Shown here one piece after another: positions 1 to 9,050 of a stretch of 64,000 bases of DNA (positions within the stretch are counted from its first letter, which is position 1; each line of letters opens with the position of its first letter). Below the pieces are notes generated by a model. The model saw only the letters and a program-made list of their open reading frames with translations, made no database searches and had not been told where the DNA came from. Origin of the DNA: a virus (lineage: Duplodnaviria; Caudoviricetes); the IMG/VR virus record IMGVR_UViG_3300035687_000005, positions 408-64,407 of that record; one strand, 5' to 3'. A program made the position numbers and the translations under genes.

Positions 1-208
1 AAGGCGTGCCGGGCTTGAGGTTGCGCAACAGAGCGGCACGGATGCGCTCATGCTCACGGTCGTAGCCTCGCTGCTGCCTCGTGCCTCGTCGCCGCTCAAC
101 CTCGGCACCGCAGGCCTGGCACCTACCCTGCTCCACCAGTTCGGGGCAGCTCTTCGGATGTGCGGGGCACCCCGTGCACGGGCACACCTTGAGCGCGCGC
201 CTACCCAT
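1..208 (-). CDS. N-terminal part of probable HNH endonuclease (packaging-associated), truncated by window edge
   Basis: Manual translation MGRRALKVCPCTGCP...GRCQAC...RGTRQQRGYDREHERIRAALL resembles the N-terminus of HNH proteins that precede terS in cos-type phages. The HNH motif itself is not visible. Confidence 0.6.
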   Translation of the reverse strand, partial: MGRRALKVCPCTGCPAHPKSCPELVEQGRCQACGAEVERRRGTRQQRGYDREHERIRAALLRNLKPGTP

Positions 209-398
209 CGCTGGCTGCGTCCTCTGCTCGTGCGCCTTGCCACGCTCCGAAGTGCGAGGCGGCGTTAGCCCACACGCTGAGGATGATGACCCACAGGATG
301 GAGTCCTTCCACCACAACACCGAGGGCAGGATCAGCAGGAACCACACGATGGTCGCCGCGGCGTGGAAGGGGCGCAGGTATCTGCCCGGGATGCGCAC
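201..398 (-). CDS. small membrane protein
   Basis: 65 aa with two hydrophobic stretches; overlaps the next start. Confidence 0.6.
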   Translation of the reverse strand: MRIPGRYLRPFHAAATIVWFLLILPSVLWWKDSILWVIILSVWANAASHFGAWQGARAEDAASDG

Positions 399-488
399 GT
401 CAGCGGAACAGGTAGGCGATGGTGCACACGGACACCATCGCTGCGAGCAGCGTGCCGATGGCCAAGCCGATGACCATGTCCCTGGTCA

Positions 489-785
489 TCAGGCCGCACG
501 TCGGGACTGTGGTGAGTTCCGTGTGGCGCGCTCCACCTCGAGCACATCACCAGCCCTGAACGTCCACACCCCTGCGCGCAGCTCCCCGGCCAGGCGCCCC
601 GAGGTGCGCCACCAGTTCACGAGCTGCTTGCTCACGCGGGCGAGTAGTGCGGCCTGGGTGACGGTGAGGCGGGCGTTAAGGTCCACGTCGCCTCCCGGGT
701 ACACGACGAAGCCCCGGGCCATCACGGCTCCGGGGCTCAGGTGGACAGGGTCATCCACGCGCAACGGTAAAGGCGGTTTGTTCAT
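489..785 (-). CDS. MerR/Xis-like HTH DNA-binding protein
   Basis: LTVTQAALLARVSKQLVNWWRTSGRL...FRAGDVLEVE winged-HTH pattern. Confidence 0.65.
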   Translation of the reverse strand: MNKPPLPLRVDDPVHLSPGAVMARGFVVYPGGDVDLNARLTVTQAALLARVSKQLVNWWRTSGRLAGELRAGVWTFRAGDVLEVERATRNSPQSRRAA

Positions 786-788
786 CGG

Positions 789-1496
789 TCAAGACGCCTC
801 GCTGTGCACGTCGGTGCTGGTCTCGGCGATGAGGACGACGGCGAGGCGCGCATACTCCTGCTCCGACCACATCCGCCCACACCCACCGCAGGAGATCCAG
901 TCATCGGCGCCGGTGACCGGGTCGACCTGCCGGTGCAGCGCCACCAGATCGCACGACGGGCACGGTGCGGCGAGGCGCTGGGTGTAGCGGGCGAGGCGCA
1001 GGTGGCGACGCATCTGCCCGGTGATGGCGGTCATCTCCCGGGCGAACTCGTCGACGGCGGGGTGATACCGGCACGCCCACTCCAACCGGGGCCGCAACCA
1101 CGCCACCAGGTTCGGCACGTACGGGGCCGGCCGTCCCTCGCCCTTGTTGCGTGTCTCCCGCCAGTCCTGCACCCACGAGTCGAGGGTCGCGGCGATGGCG
1201 GCCTGGCCGTCGCCGTGGTCCATCAGGTTGTGCCGGGCCTGCTCGGTGAGGTGCCCATTGCGGGCCGGTGCGACGAGGTCGTGCACGTCCACGTTGATCG
1301 GGATGGGGCGTTCGCGGCTGCCGGACACCTTCGGGCCGACGGTCTGCTGCGGGGTGAGGACGGCGGGCAGCAGGGCGTACAGGTCGGGAATGTCGGCGAG
1401 GGTCCGGTCGATGCGGGTCTCGCAGTTGAGGCAGGCGTAACCAGGGTCGGTCATGGGTCGGGTGCAGCAGACGCAGCTGCGGGCCGGCTCGGTCAC
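789..1496 (-). CDS. Zn-finger phage protein (late-regulator-like)
   Basis: CxxC pairs at both ends (CVCC, CLNC, CPSC, CGGC); usual position near the end of actinophage genomes. Confidence 0.6.
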   Translation of the reverse strand: MTEPARSCVCCTRPMTDPGYACLNCETRIDRTLADIPDLYALLPAVLTPQQTVGPKVSGSRERPIPINVDVHDLVAPARNGHLTEQARHNLMDHGDGQAAIAATLDSWVQDWRETRNKGEGRPAPYVPNLVAWLRPRLEWACRYHPAVDEFAREMTAITGQMRRHLRLARYTQRLAAPCPSCDLVALHRQVDPVTGADDWISCGGCGRMWSEQEYARLAVVLIAETSTDVHSEAS

Positions 1497-1532
1497 GGGT
1501 CACTCCTCGTGCGGTCAGGTTGGTCAGCTAGG

Positions 1533-1727
1533 TCAGGCAGGGTCGTGGCACTCGCACAGACAGTTGGCTGGCTCTCCCTGGCAGCCGGCAGGGGCATGGT
1601 TGTCGTACTGGCCGCACCGGATCGATCGGCCGATCGATCTGGCTTCGCGGCGAGCTCTGTCCACGGCGAGGCGGAGGATCAGCTCCCGCTTCTGGACCCG
1701 ATCGGCGGTGCTGGTCGGGTGGCTCAC
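1533..1727 (-). CDS. small Cys-rich hypothetical protein
   Basis: GTG start after GAGGAG; ends CLCECHDPA. Confidence 0.45.
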   Translation of the reverse strand: MSHPTSTADRVQKRELILRLAVDRARREARSIGRSIRCGQYDNHAPAGCQGEPANCLCECHDPA

Positions 1728-1878
1728 TTCGGGCTCCTCTGGTGGCGGATGAGGCACAGCTCGTAGTTGTCGTGGCGGATCAGCTGCCACCGGTCCACGG
1801 CGCGCAGCAGGCCGGTGTCTCGCACGTACGCCCGGGTCGCCCTGCGGGTGAACGCCGCACACACCCTGACCAGGGCGC

Positions 1879-2166
1879 TCAATGCAAGATCCGAGGGCGG
1901 GATGGAGCGCTCTGGACGCAGGTGTACTGGTTCCCGCCGATAGGCAGAGTCGCCGGGATGCCGAGCCGTCGGCGAATCCGAAGAACGGATCTGCGATTGA
2001 AGCCCAGCTTCAGCGCGATCTGCCCGTCGTGGTAACCGTCCCGGACCAGCCGTCGGACCGCTTCGGCTGCGTCAGCTGCCGCGATCGGGCATCCGATCCG
2101 TGCGCCGGTCATGATGCGTTCGACGACCACCTCGTCGTAGTCGTCGTAGTCCACGGCCCGACTCAC
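1879..2166 (-). CDS. HTH protein
   Basis: GYHDGQIALKLGFNRRSVLRIRRRLGI; resembles 11097..11579. Confidence 0.65.
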   Translation of the reverse strand: MSRAVDYDDYDEVVVERIMTGARIGCPIAAADAAEAVRRLVRDGYHDGQIALKLGFNRRSVLRIRRRLGIPATLPIGGNQYTCVQSAPSRPRILH

Positions 2167-2311
2167 GGTCGCCCGGGTCGCCGACCTCGGGGGCGTACAC
2201 GTCGAGCAGGCGCAGCTCAGGCTCGTACCGCTGACCGAACATGGTGTCGGCCAAAACCCAGAAACTGTCGCCGTCGTACGGGCGGGTCACCTTGGCGCGG
2301 CAGTCCCACAT
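2072..2311 (-). pseudogene. truncated thermonuclease (SNase)-like fragment
   Basis: VTRPYDGDSF...LRLLDVYAPE matches the SNase N-terminal motifs (DGDT, IRLxGIDAPE); similarity stops at ~2165 where the next gene starts. Confidence 0.55.
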
Positions 2312-2496
2312 CAGGCGTCGTACCTCTCTCGATGGTGGGCCGGCTGATGCCGGGGATACAGCAGCTGGGAGTACTGACCGGCCATCACGGCGTTGTGGAA
2401 CTGCTGCCAGATGTGATCAGGAACGGTCAAGGTGTTGTCGCAGCCGTCCCGGTAGATGACGACGTGACCCTGGTCGGCGCGCGCCACCCGGATCAC
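2311..2496 (-). CDS. DUF397-like small protein (degenerate)
   Basis: VVIYRDG..TLTV...WQQFHNAVMAGQY resembles the DUF397 C-terminal half. Confidence 0.45.
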   Translation of the reverse strand: MIRVARADQGHVVIYRDGCDNTLTVPDHIWQQFHNAVMAGQYSQLLYPRHQPAHHRERYDA

Positions 2497-2696
2497 GACG
2501 ACACCGGCCTGGCCACCACGTCGTCCAGCGCGCCCGCCTTCACCGCGTCGAGGTGCTGCCACCACTCGGCGGCGGTCGCGTGCACCTCCTCGCCGGGCAG
2601 GGTCGACGCTGATCGGATCAGGACACCGCCGTCGGGGGCGGGGGCGACCTCGATACAGCTGCTACTGCCGCACTTACCGGTCCAAGTGGTGGTCAC
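2493..2696 (-). CDS. DUF397 (BldB-like) protein
   Basis: W..KCGSSSCIEVA....GVLIRS......TAAEW...LDAVKAG matches the DUF397 consensus. Confidence 0.75.
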   Translation of the reverse strand: MTTTWTGKCGSSSCIEVAPAPDGGVLIRSASTLPGEEVHATAAEWWQHLDAVKAGALDDVVARPVSS

Positions 2697-3063
2697 CGGA
2701 GTACTCCTCTCGTGCTCTGCGGATCTGGTCGGCGCTGATACGGCGTACGTGGTCGGACACGACATCGGGCACGCGGAACTCGCCGGTGGAGGGCTCGTCG
2801 ACGTACGCCCGGAACTGCTCCGTGTCGATGCGACGGATCTCCCGGTCGTCCTCGTACGGCTCCACCTCGGCCGGTGCGGCGGGACCACGGACCCACACCC
2901 CGGCGGGGATGGGCGACAGGCAGCGGATGTGCAGCGGGTCGAGGTTGACCTCCCACCGGGTGCGGTAGTCGGCGTCGGCGAGCGGGTCGCCGCGGACGAA
3001 CACCTCGAGGTGGCCTTCGATCAGCCACGTCCACTGGTCCAGCGGCACCATGACCAGCGCCAT
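2674..3063 (-). CDS. hypothetical protein
   Basis: 129-aa ORF in a tightly packed operon. Confidence 0.5.
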   Translation of the reverse strand: MALVMVPLDQWTWLIEGHLEVFVRGDPLADADYRTRWEVNLDPLHIRCLSPIPAGVWVRGPAAPAEVEPYEDDREIRRIDTEQFRAYVDEPSTGEFRVPDVVSDHVRRISADQIRRAREEYSGDHHLDR

Positions 3064-3223
3064 CAGGTCGCCTGCCCGCCGGTCGATGACGATGCACCGA
3101 TATCCGTAGACACCAGGCGGCGGATCACCAGGCGCCTGCCAACTATGCGCATCGCACCCCGGAAGTAGGCGGCGGCGAAGGTTCCGCCGGGGACGACCGC
3201 GCGTCGGCGCCTACGCACGCTGC

Positions 3224-3526
3224 TCACCGTCGGGCCTCCTGGTGCAGGCGGGTCGGGACCGGGAACCGCTCGGTGGGGACGTCGGCGAGCCAGTGCGCGT
3301 CCGACACCGGCGGCACGTCGGCCAGCGACGTCGGCCGGGTCGGGTCGCCCCAGTCGTGGGTGAACGTCACCACCGCCCCGGCACCGGGCACACCACCGAG
3401 GCACGCCACGGTGTCACCGGGGATGTGGGCGCGGCGGGCGTCGGCGCAGAGCCGCTCCAGCTCGTCGAGGGTGGGCGGGCCGCTGCTGGTGACCCGGACC
3501 TGGCGGGTGTGCTCCGTGCTCGGCAT
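3224..3526 (-). CDS. hypothetical protein
   Basis: Start MPSTEH overlaps the upstream stop. Confidence 0.45.
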   Translation of the reverse strand: MPSTEHTRQVRVTSSGPPTLDELERLCADARRAHIPGDTVACLGGVPGAGAVVTFTHDWGDPTRPTSLADVPPVSDAHWLADVPTERFPVPTRLHQEARR

Positions 3527-3837
3527 CAGGACTCCCGGTTCGCGAGCTCGAGCAGCACGTCGGCGTGGCACGGCTGGTCGAGCGGGCACCAGCAGGCCAG
3601 GTCCCGGGTCGCCAATTCGACTACGCCGTCGAGCACCCTCCGGCGCATCTCGGACGCGTTGGTGTAGCCGAGGTGGTCAACGCCGGCGAGCCATTCGCGG
3701 TAGAGCCGGACAGCTTCCTGTGGCCCGAAGTAGCTGGCGGGGAACGGGTTTCCGAACTTCGTCGGGCGGCTGACGACCGCCACGCCGTCCGGCTTGCGCC
3801 AGCCCTTCGTGCGTCGGAGCTGGATGCGCTGTGCCAT
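3526..3837 (-). CDS. DUF4326 protein
   Basis: RIQLRRTKGWRKP...VSRPTKFGNPF...DLACWCPLDQPCHADVLLELAN. Confidence 0.85.
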   Translation of the reverse strand: MAQRIQLRRTKGWRKPDGVAVVSRPTKFGNPFPASYFGPQEAVRLYREWLAGVDHLGYTNASEMRRRVLDGVVELATRDLACWCPLDQPCHADVLLELANRES

Positions 3838-4310
3838 CAGATGCCTCCTGTCGTGGCGAACGCGGCGGCCGATGTGGGGCGCTCAGAGGCCGCCAGACCG
3901 TTCGGGGTGGACTCGCCCTCGAACGGGGCAGGATCTTGGCTCTCCGTGGACGCTGGGGCCGAAAGCGGCTGCCCGTAGCCAGCAGCCCGCAACAACTGGA
4001 CGAGCTGAGCGGCCGGCAGGGTGGCGTACCACTGCCCGGCGTCGGAGCGGCCGCGGCGCTTGTGCCACACCACGCCGTAGTCGGCCCGGTCGTTGGCCTG
4101 CTCCAAGGCAGCCTCGGCCAACCAGGCGGCCAGATTCGTCCGCTCGCAGTTCTTCACCTCGATCACCACGGCCGGGACACCAGCGATGTCACCCCGGTCC
4201 TTCGACGACCCGGCCAGGCGCCGCTCGGCGTGCGGGAAGCCGTTGGCGCGGAGGAACTCGACAACGGCGCGCTCGGCACCGGAGCCCTTGGCCTTCTGCG
4301 GGTTGGTCAT
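3837..4310 (-). CDS. Holliday-junction resolvase-like PD-(D/E)XK nuclease
   Basis: KAKGSGAERAVVEFL...DRGDIAG...IEVKN motif. Confidence 0.8.
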   Translation of the reverse strand: MTNPQKAKGSGAERAVVEFLRANGFPHAERRLAGSSKDRGDIAGVPAVVIEVKNCERTNLAAWLAEAALEQANDRADYGVVWHKRRGRSDAGQWYATLPAAQLVQLLRAAGYGQPLSAPASTESQDPAPFEGESTPNGLAASERPTSAAAFATTGGI

Positions 4311-4621
4311 CGCTTTGCCTCCTGTGCTGGGCGGTAGTCGGCGGTGAAGTCGGCGGACGGCACGACGGTCAGTTCGGCGCCGACCCAGACGAGCCAGTCG
4401 CCGGGGTGGGCGCGCTGGACGGGCCCGTGCTCGAGGTCGACGGCGAGCCGGTTCTGCTCGAGCCAGTACGCGACGGGGCCGGCGGAGTCGAGGAACAGGC
4501 GGGCGCCGCCGTACATGTGCCCCTGCCACCGGTGGGCGCGCACCGGCCCGTCGGGTCCGATGTGGGTGTGCGGCGCCGGGACGGGGTTGGGCTGGATGGC
4601 CCAAACGGTGGTGGGCTTCAC
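4307..4621 (-). CDS. hypothetical protein
   Basis: 104 aa, coupled to the polymerase stop. Confidence 0.55.
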   Translation of the reverse strand: MKPTTVWAIQPNPVPAPHTHIGPDGPVRAHRWQGHMYGGARLFLDSAGPVAYWLEQNRLAVDLEHGPVQRAHPGDWLVWVGAELTVVPSADFTADYRPAQEAKR

Positions 4622-7600
4622 TTGGCGTACACGCTCCCCCAGTTAGTGCCGCGGCATTCGCCGAGGCCGGCTTCGATCTGGACGGTCTTCTCGGCGCCAT
4701 TCGGCGCCCAGGCGAAACTCAGGGCGTCGAGGACCATGGCCTCGACGTCGTCGACCACGTCGAGCGGCACACTCAGCACGACCTCGTCGTGCACGACCGC
4801 GCGGACCATCGGCAGAGTCTCGATGGGCAGCCGGAGCAAGCCCTCCATCATCAGGTCACGCGCACAGCCCTGACCCATGAGCGCCGGGGCCTGCGTCCAG
4901 CTCCGGTCCGGATCGCAGCGCATCAGCCGGCCGAATCCGTTGTCCAGCAGTTCGCCCTGCTCGGCCGCCCGACGGATGCCGTCGCGCCACGAGACCAGCG
5001 TGGGGAACTGCTCGCGCATCCCGCGGTCGAACTCACGGGCGACGTCCTCGGTGACCTTGGCGTTGCGGGACAGGCCTGCGATACCCATGCCGTAGTTCCA
5101 GCCGTGGCCGAGGGCCTTCGCGTCCTCGCGGCGGCTGGGGTCGCCCCAGACGCGGGTTGCGACCTCCTTGTGCAGGTCGAGGTCGCCGACGAACATCGCC
5201 AGGTAGGCCTCGTCCTGGCTGAGTGCCGCGATCGCCCGGGCGTCGACCTGGCTGAGGTCGGCCGAGATGATGACGTGACCCGGCTCCGGAAGGAACACCT
5301 CCCGCTCGGTGTACTTCCCGCCGCGCTTGCCCATGACCGTGAGGCCCGGCTTGGTCGTCGACCAGCGGCCGCTCGCCTGGAACATGCCGATCTCCGGGTG
5401 GACCCGGTCGCCGACGAGGTACTGCTGCACGGTCTCGAAGACCGTGCGGACGCCGTTCAGCGAGCTGACCGTGTCGACCAGGGCCAGAACCGCTTCATCG
5501 TCGGCGTACTGCTCGACGACCTTGCCGAGCGCCCCCTTGCCGAAGCTCGGCTGGCCGTTCGCGGTGGTGGGGAGCTCGACGCCCAGGTCGGCGAACGCCT
5601 GAACGATCGCCGCCTTGCCCTCCTTGGTGGCGTGCGGGCTCTTACTGACCTTCCCGTCCGCCTTGGTGCTGGGCAGCCCGTACTTCTCGGTCAAGGTGGC
5701 CAGGTGGCGTGCGCGCGCGGCCCGGTTGGCCTCAACCCGTCGGGTGAGTTCGGGGACGTCGACCCGGAAGCCGTTCATCCGGATCTGCGCCGCGATGGCC
5801 GCCACCCGGTGTTCGCGCTTCACGTAGGCCGACGTCCTCAGCTTTCCGGCGAGCCGGGAGGTGAGGTCGACGTCGCCGATGAGGTACCGCACGTAGCGTT
5901 CGTCGTCGGTGGGGATCTTGTCGAAGCCGCCGAACTCCTGGGCCAGGGCCTTCAGGTCGCCGGTCTTGGTGGTATCGAGCAGTCGGGCGCCGAGGTTGTC
6001 GAGGCTGTAGTCGCGCTGGATCTGCGACTGGCCGGAGCCGGGTGACGGCGGGTCGTTGAGGATCGCGGCGAGCTTGGTGTCGAAGACGCGGCCCTCGGCA
6101 GCGAGGGCGATCAGGTCCACCCCGTGATGTCGGGCCAGGGCCACGAGGTCGAAGGCCATCAGGTTGTGCCCGACGACCAGCCGCGCGTGCTGGACCTGTT
6201 CGGCGAGTTCCGCCGCGTCGGCGGTGACGGTGATCAGGTTCCCGGTCTGGTAGCCAGCGAGCCGGACGAACTCGGGACCCTGCCGGAACATCTCTGCCTC
6301 GGAAGATGTCTCGACGTCGAGTGCCAGGACTCCTTCGGGGAGGGTGTCGGCACCAAAGGCCTCCAGGGTGTCGAGGTCGATGCGGGTGTAGGCGACCGGT
6401 CCGGGGGTTGGGGGGTCGAACAGCGCTCCGGAATCGGCCGCAGAAGGCGGTTTCTGGGGTAAAACGGCCGAAGTCGGCAGGGGAACGGGGGGAACGGGGG
6501 GAAACCCACCCCCGTCTCCCTCACGTGGAAAACACGCGTGTTCCGCAGGTGTGTAATCACGCGGTGACGCGTCTCCCGTAAATACATTTTTTTCCGCATG
6601 TACGTAGGTGGTGGCGTTCCCCCCGTTCCCCCCCGACCCCCCTTCACTGGGGGGTGTAGCACTTTCTGCAATCGGTCCGTCACTGTCCGAAGGTTCAATG
6701 ACCATCCAGGCGGAGACGTGGCCGTGCTTACCCCCCTCCGCCTTGACGAGCTTGATGCCGTCGAAGTACCGGTCCGCCTTGCCCGCATACGCCTGACCCA
6801 GCCGGCGGTTGTAGGCCCGCGGGTCCTCCGTCAGGTCCGTCAGCCCCGGGGGCGCCTCGGAGTGCGGGTCGCCGACCATCGCGGTGCGCGCCTGGGCGCA
6901 GGTGAACTCGACGGCGTGACCGAAGGTCCGCAGCAGCCATGCGATGTGGGCGTTCCAGTAGCCGGTCTCGAAGCTGGACTCCGACCTCCACTTGGCCATG
7001 TTGCCGAGGAAGTCGCCGAGCCCGGCGTGGGCGAGGATCCCGCCGACGATGCGCTCCCACTTCTCGAAGGAGCCGAAGCTGACCTCCTTGGGCGCTGCCG
7101 GCTGGCCGGCGGCGAACCAGGCCCGAATGATCGTCAGCAGTGCCGCGACCAGTTCCGGCCGGTGCTCGGTGGTCCACCCCCGAAGGTCCGGGTGCCGGAA
7201 GGACGATGCCGCACGGTTCTGCGGATCGGGTGCCGTTGGCTTGAGGGCGATCTGGTAGACGCGGCGGGTGATGTCGCCTTCGACCCGGACCTGGTTGCCG
7301 AGCGCCACCCAGGTGACCTGGTTGGGGAAGCCGAGCATCTGGCTGACGCCGAGTTGCCGGTCCCGCCAGGTCGACGATGTGAGCGCCCGGGCGAGCGCGG
7401 CCCCTTGGATGACGTGGGCCTCGTCGAAGACGAAGACGTCAGCGCCGCCCCGGAACGTGGAGGTGATGACCTTCCGGGTCTCCTCGTCGTCCTGGCTCCA
7501 CGGCAGCGGCTCCAGCTTCTCGCCGGTGGCGGTGATGGCGAGCATGTCGGCGAGCAGGTTCTTGCCGACACCCATCTGCAGGCCGTCGACGACGGCGAGC

Positions 7601-8958
7601 GGGACGACGTCCATGAGGCCGCGAACGAACGGGGTGAGAATCATCGCGAGGGCGTTGGTCTTGTCGGCCCTGGTCGGCATGATCGCGAGCAGGTCGACCA
7701 GCCAGTCGTCGGTGATGAGCTTGACGGCTGACGACAGTTCTTCGGCTGTCGGGTTGTCGGGGACGTCGATGCCGGTCATGGCCTCGTCCATCACGACCAT
7801 CGTCCGGCTGTCCTCGTCGTACCCGTTGACCTGGCAGATGGATCCGTCCTTGCGGACGAACGGGGTGCGGGCGACGCGGTCCAGCGGGGCGAAGCGGCTG
7901 GTGCGGCTCATCACCGAGTCGATGCTCTGTGCGTCCGGCCAGCAGTACACGACCTGGTCGCCGTCGTCTCCTGCCCTCCGGACGGTCGCGGTCGTCTCCT
8001 GCAGCAGGTCGAGGAACACACCCTTGGTGAGCGGCTTCATGTCGAGGACGGCTTGGCCGAGGCGTTGGCTGGGGGTGAGCTGACTGATCACTTCGCCGTG
8101 GTTGAACAGGCGGCGGGCGTTCCACCGCTCCAGCAGGACACGGGTGATGTCGTTGATGACTTCCAGCCGGTCACCGTCGACGTAGATCATTCCCCGGTCG
8201 GGGATGGCGGTGACCGCGGCGGCCGAGCTTCGGGACACCTTCTTGGCCTTCGGCTTCACGTCAGCCGGCTTGGTCTTCGCCCGCTGGATCAGCCTCGCGA
8301 GGTAGGCGGTCCGCTTGTCGGCGTCGCGCCTGGCCAGGACGTCGTCGAGGCCTGACGTTCCACCCGAAGGCAGCCGGAGGTACGAGACGGAGATGGCGCC
8401 CTCGGCCAGCACGGCCTGACCGATCGCGAGTCCTGCGGTGTAGACGTCCAGGTTGGTGGCCGAGTCGGCGTCGAGCGCGATCACGACTTTCTTGTCTTCG
8501 CAGACATCGAGGTCGGTCAGCGGGATCCCGTCGCTCGACCAGTTCCGGCAGCCGCCGACCCCGTAGACGGCCGTGCCCTCCGGGGCCCAGCTCGCGGCGC
8601 AGAAGCTCTGCTTGGTGCCCTCCACGATCAGAATCGTCTCGGCGTCGGCGTCGGCTCTGGCGGTGTTGAGCATCGAGCTGGTCCCGCGCGGCCAGAGGTA
8701 TTTGTGCAGCTCACGCTTGTACTCGATCGGGACGTCCGGCCGAACCTGGTCGACGACCTCGCCGGTCGGCGAGCGCCAGGGGAAGATGATCGCTGGCACG
8801 GCGGGTTCACCCCAGGACTGCGCGTGCTCGGGGAGCTCCTCGACGGTGCGCGCGGATCGGATGCCCGCGGCCTCCGCGACCTCCGGCGAGATGCCGGCCT
8901 TGTCGCGGAGGTAAGCCGCGTGCTCCTCGGTGAGAGGAAGCTCCGACCAGCTCGTCAT
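4618..8958 (-). CDS. fused primase (Toprim/DUF3854-like) - P-loop helicase - family A DNA polymerase with 3'-5' exonuclease, ~1446 aa
   Basis: IVEGTKQ..IALDAD (Toprim); GVGKN and VFDEAH (Walker A/B); LDVET, GHNLMAFD, DTKL (exonuclease); ADLSQVDAR, AKALGHGWNYG, VHDEV (PolA motifs A/B/C). Start taken at MTSWSELP. Confidence 0.9.
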   Translation of the reverse strand: MTSWSELPLTEEHAAYLRDKAGISPEVAEAAGIRSARTVEELPEHAQSWGEPAVPAIIFPWRSPTGEVVDQVRPDVPIEYKRELHKYLWPRGTSSMLNTARADADAETILIVEGTKQSFCAASWAPEGTAVYGVGGCRNWSSDGIPLTDLDVCEDKKVVIALDADSATNLDVYTAGLAIGQAVLAEGAISVSYLRLPSGGTSGLDDVLARRDADKRTAYLARLIQRAKTKPADVKPKAKKVSRSSAAAVTAIPDRGMIYVDGDRLEVINDITRVLLERWNARRLFNHGEVISQLTPSQRLGQAVLDMKPLTKGVFLDLLQETTATVRRAGDDGDQVVYCWPDAQSIDSVMSRTSRFAPLDRVARTPFVRKDGSICQVNGYDEDSRTMVVMDEAMTGIDVPDNPTAEELSSAVKLITDDWLVDLLAIMPTRADKTNALAMILTPFVRGLMDVVPLAVVDGLQMGVGKNLLADMLAITATGEKLEPLPWSQDDEETRKVITSTFRGGADVFVFDEAHVIQGAALARALTSSTWRDRQLGVSQMLGFPNQVTWVALGNQVRVEGDITRRVYQIALKPTAPDPQNRAASSFRHPDLRGWTTEHRPELVAALLTIIRAWFAAGQPAAPKEVSFGSFEKWERIVGGILAHAGLGDFLGNMAKWRSESSFETGYWNAHIAWLLRTFGHAVEFTCAQARTAMVGDPHSEAPPGLTDLTEDPRAYNRRLGQAYAGKADRYFDGIKLVKAEGGKHGHVSAWMVIEPSDSDGPIAESATPPSEGGSGGNGGNATTYVHAEKNVFTGDASPRDYTPAEHACFPREGDGGGFPPVPPVPLPTSAVLPQKPPSAADSGALFDPPTPGPVAYTRIDLDTLEAFGADTLPEGVLALDVETSSEAEMFRQGPEFVRLAGYQTGNLITVTADAAELAEQVQHARLVVGHNLMAFDLVALARHHGVDLIALAAEGRVFDTKLAAILNDPPSPGSGQSQIQRDYSLDNLGARLLDTTKTGDLKALAQEFGGFDKIPTDDERYVRYLIGDVDLTSRLAGKLRTSAYVKREHRVAAIAAQIRMNGFRVDVPELTRRVEANRAARARHLATLTEKYGLPSTKADGKVSKSPHATKEGKAAIVQAFADLGVELPTTANGQPSFGKGALGKVVEQYADDEAVLALVDTVSSLNGVRTVFETVQQYLVGDRVHPEIGMFQASGRWSTTKPGLTVMGKRGGKYTEREVFLPEPGHVIISADLSQVDARAIAALSQDEAYLAMFVGDLDLHKEVATRVWGDPSRREDAKALGHGWNYGMGIAGLSRNAKVTEDVAREFDRGMREQFPTLVSWRDGIRRAAEQGELLDNGFGRLMRCDPDRSWTQAPALMGQGCARDLMMEGLLRLPIETLPMVRAVVHDEVVLSVPLDVVDDVEAMVLDALSFAWAPNGAEKTVQIEAGLGECRGTNWGSVYAK
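6481..6642. repeat. inverted GGAACGGGG iterons flanking an AT-rich core, putative origin
   Basis: gggaacggggggaacggggggaaac (6481-6505) and cgttccccccgttccccccc (6615-6634) flank taaatacattttttt. Confidence 0.6.
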
Positions 8959-9050
8959 CAACGGTCCCGCTTTCTGGTGGAGGGGCGGGCTGGGTCGGGG
9001 AAGAACCCAGCCCGCCCCGGTTACTGGTGGACCTCTGGTGTGCGTCGGTC

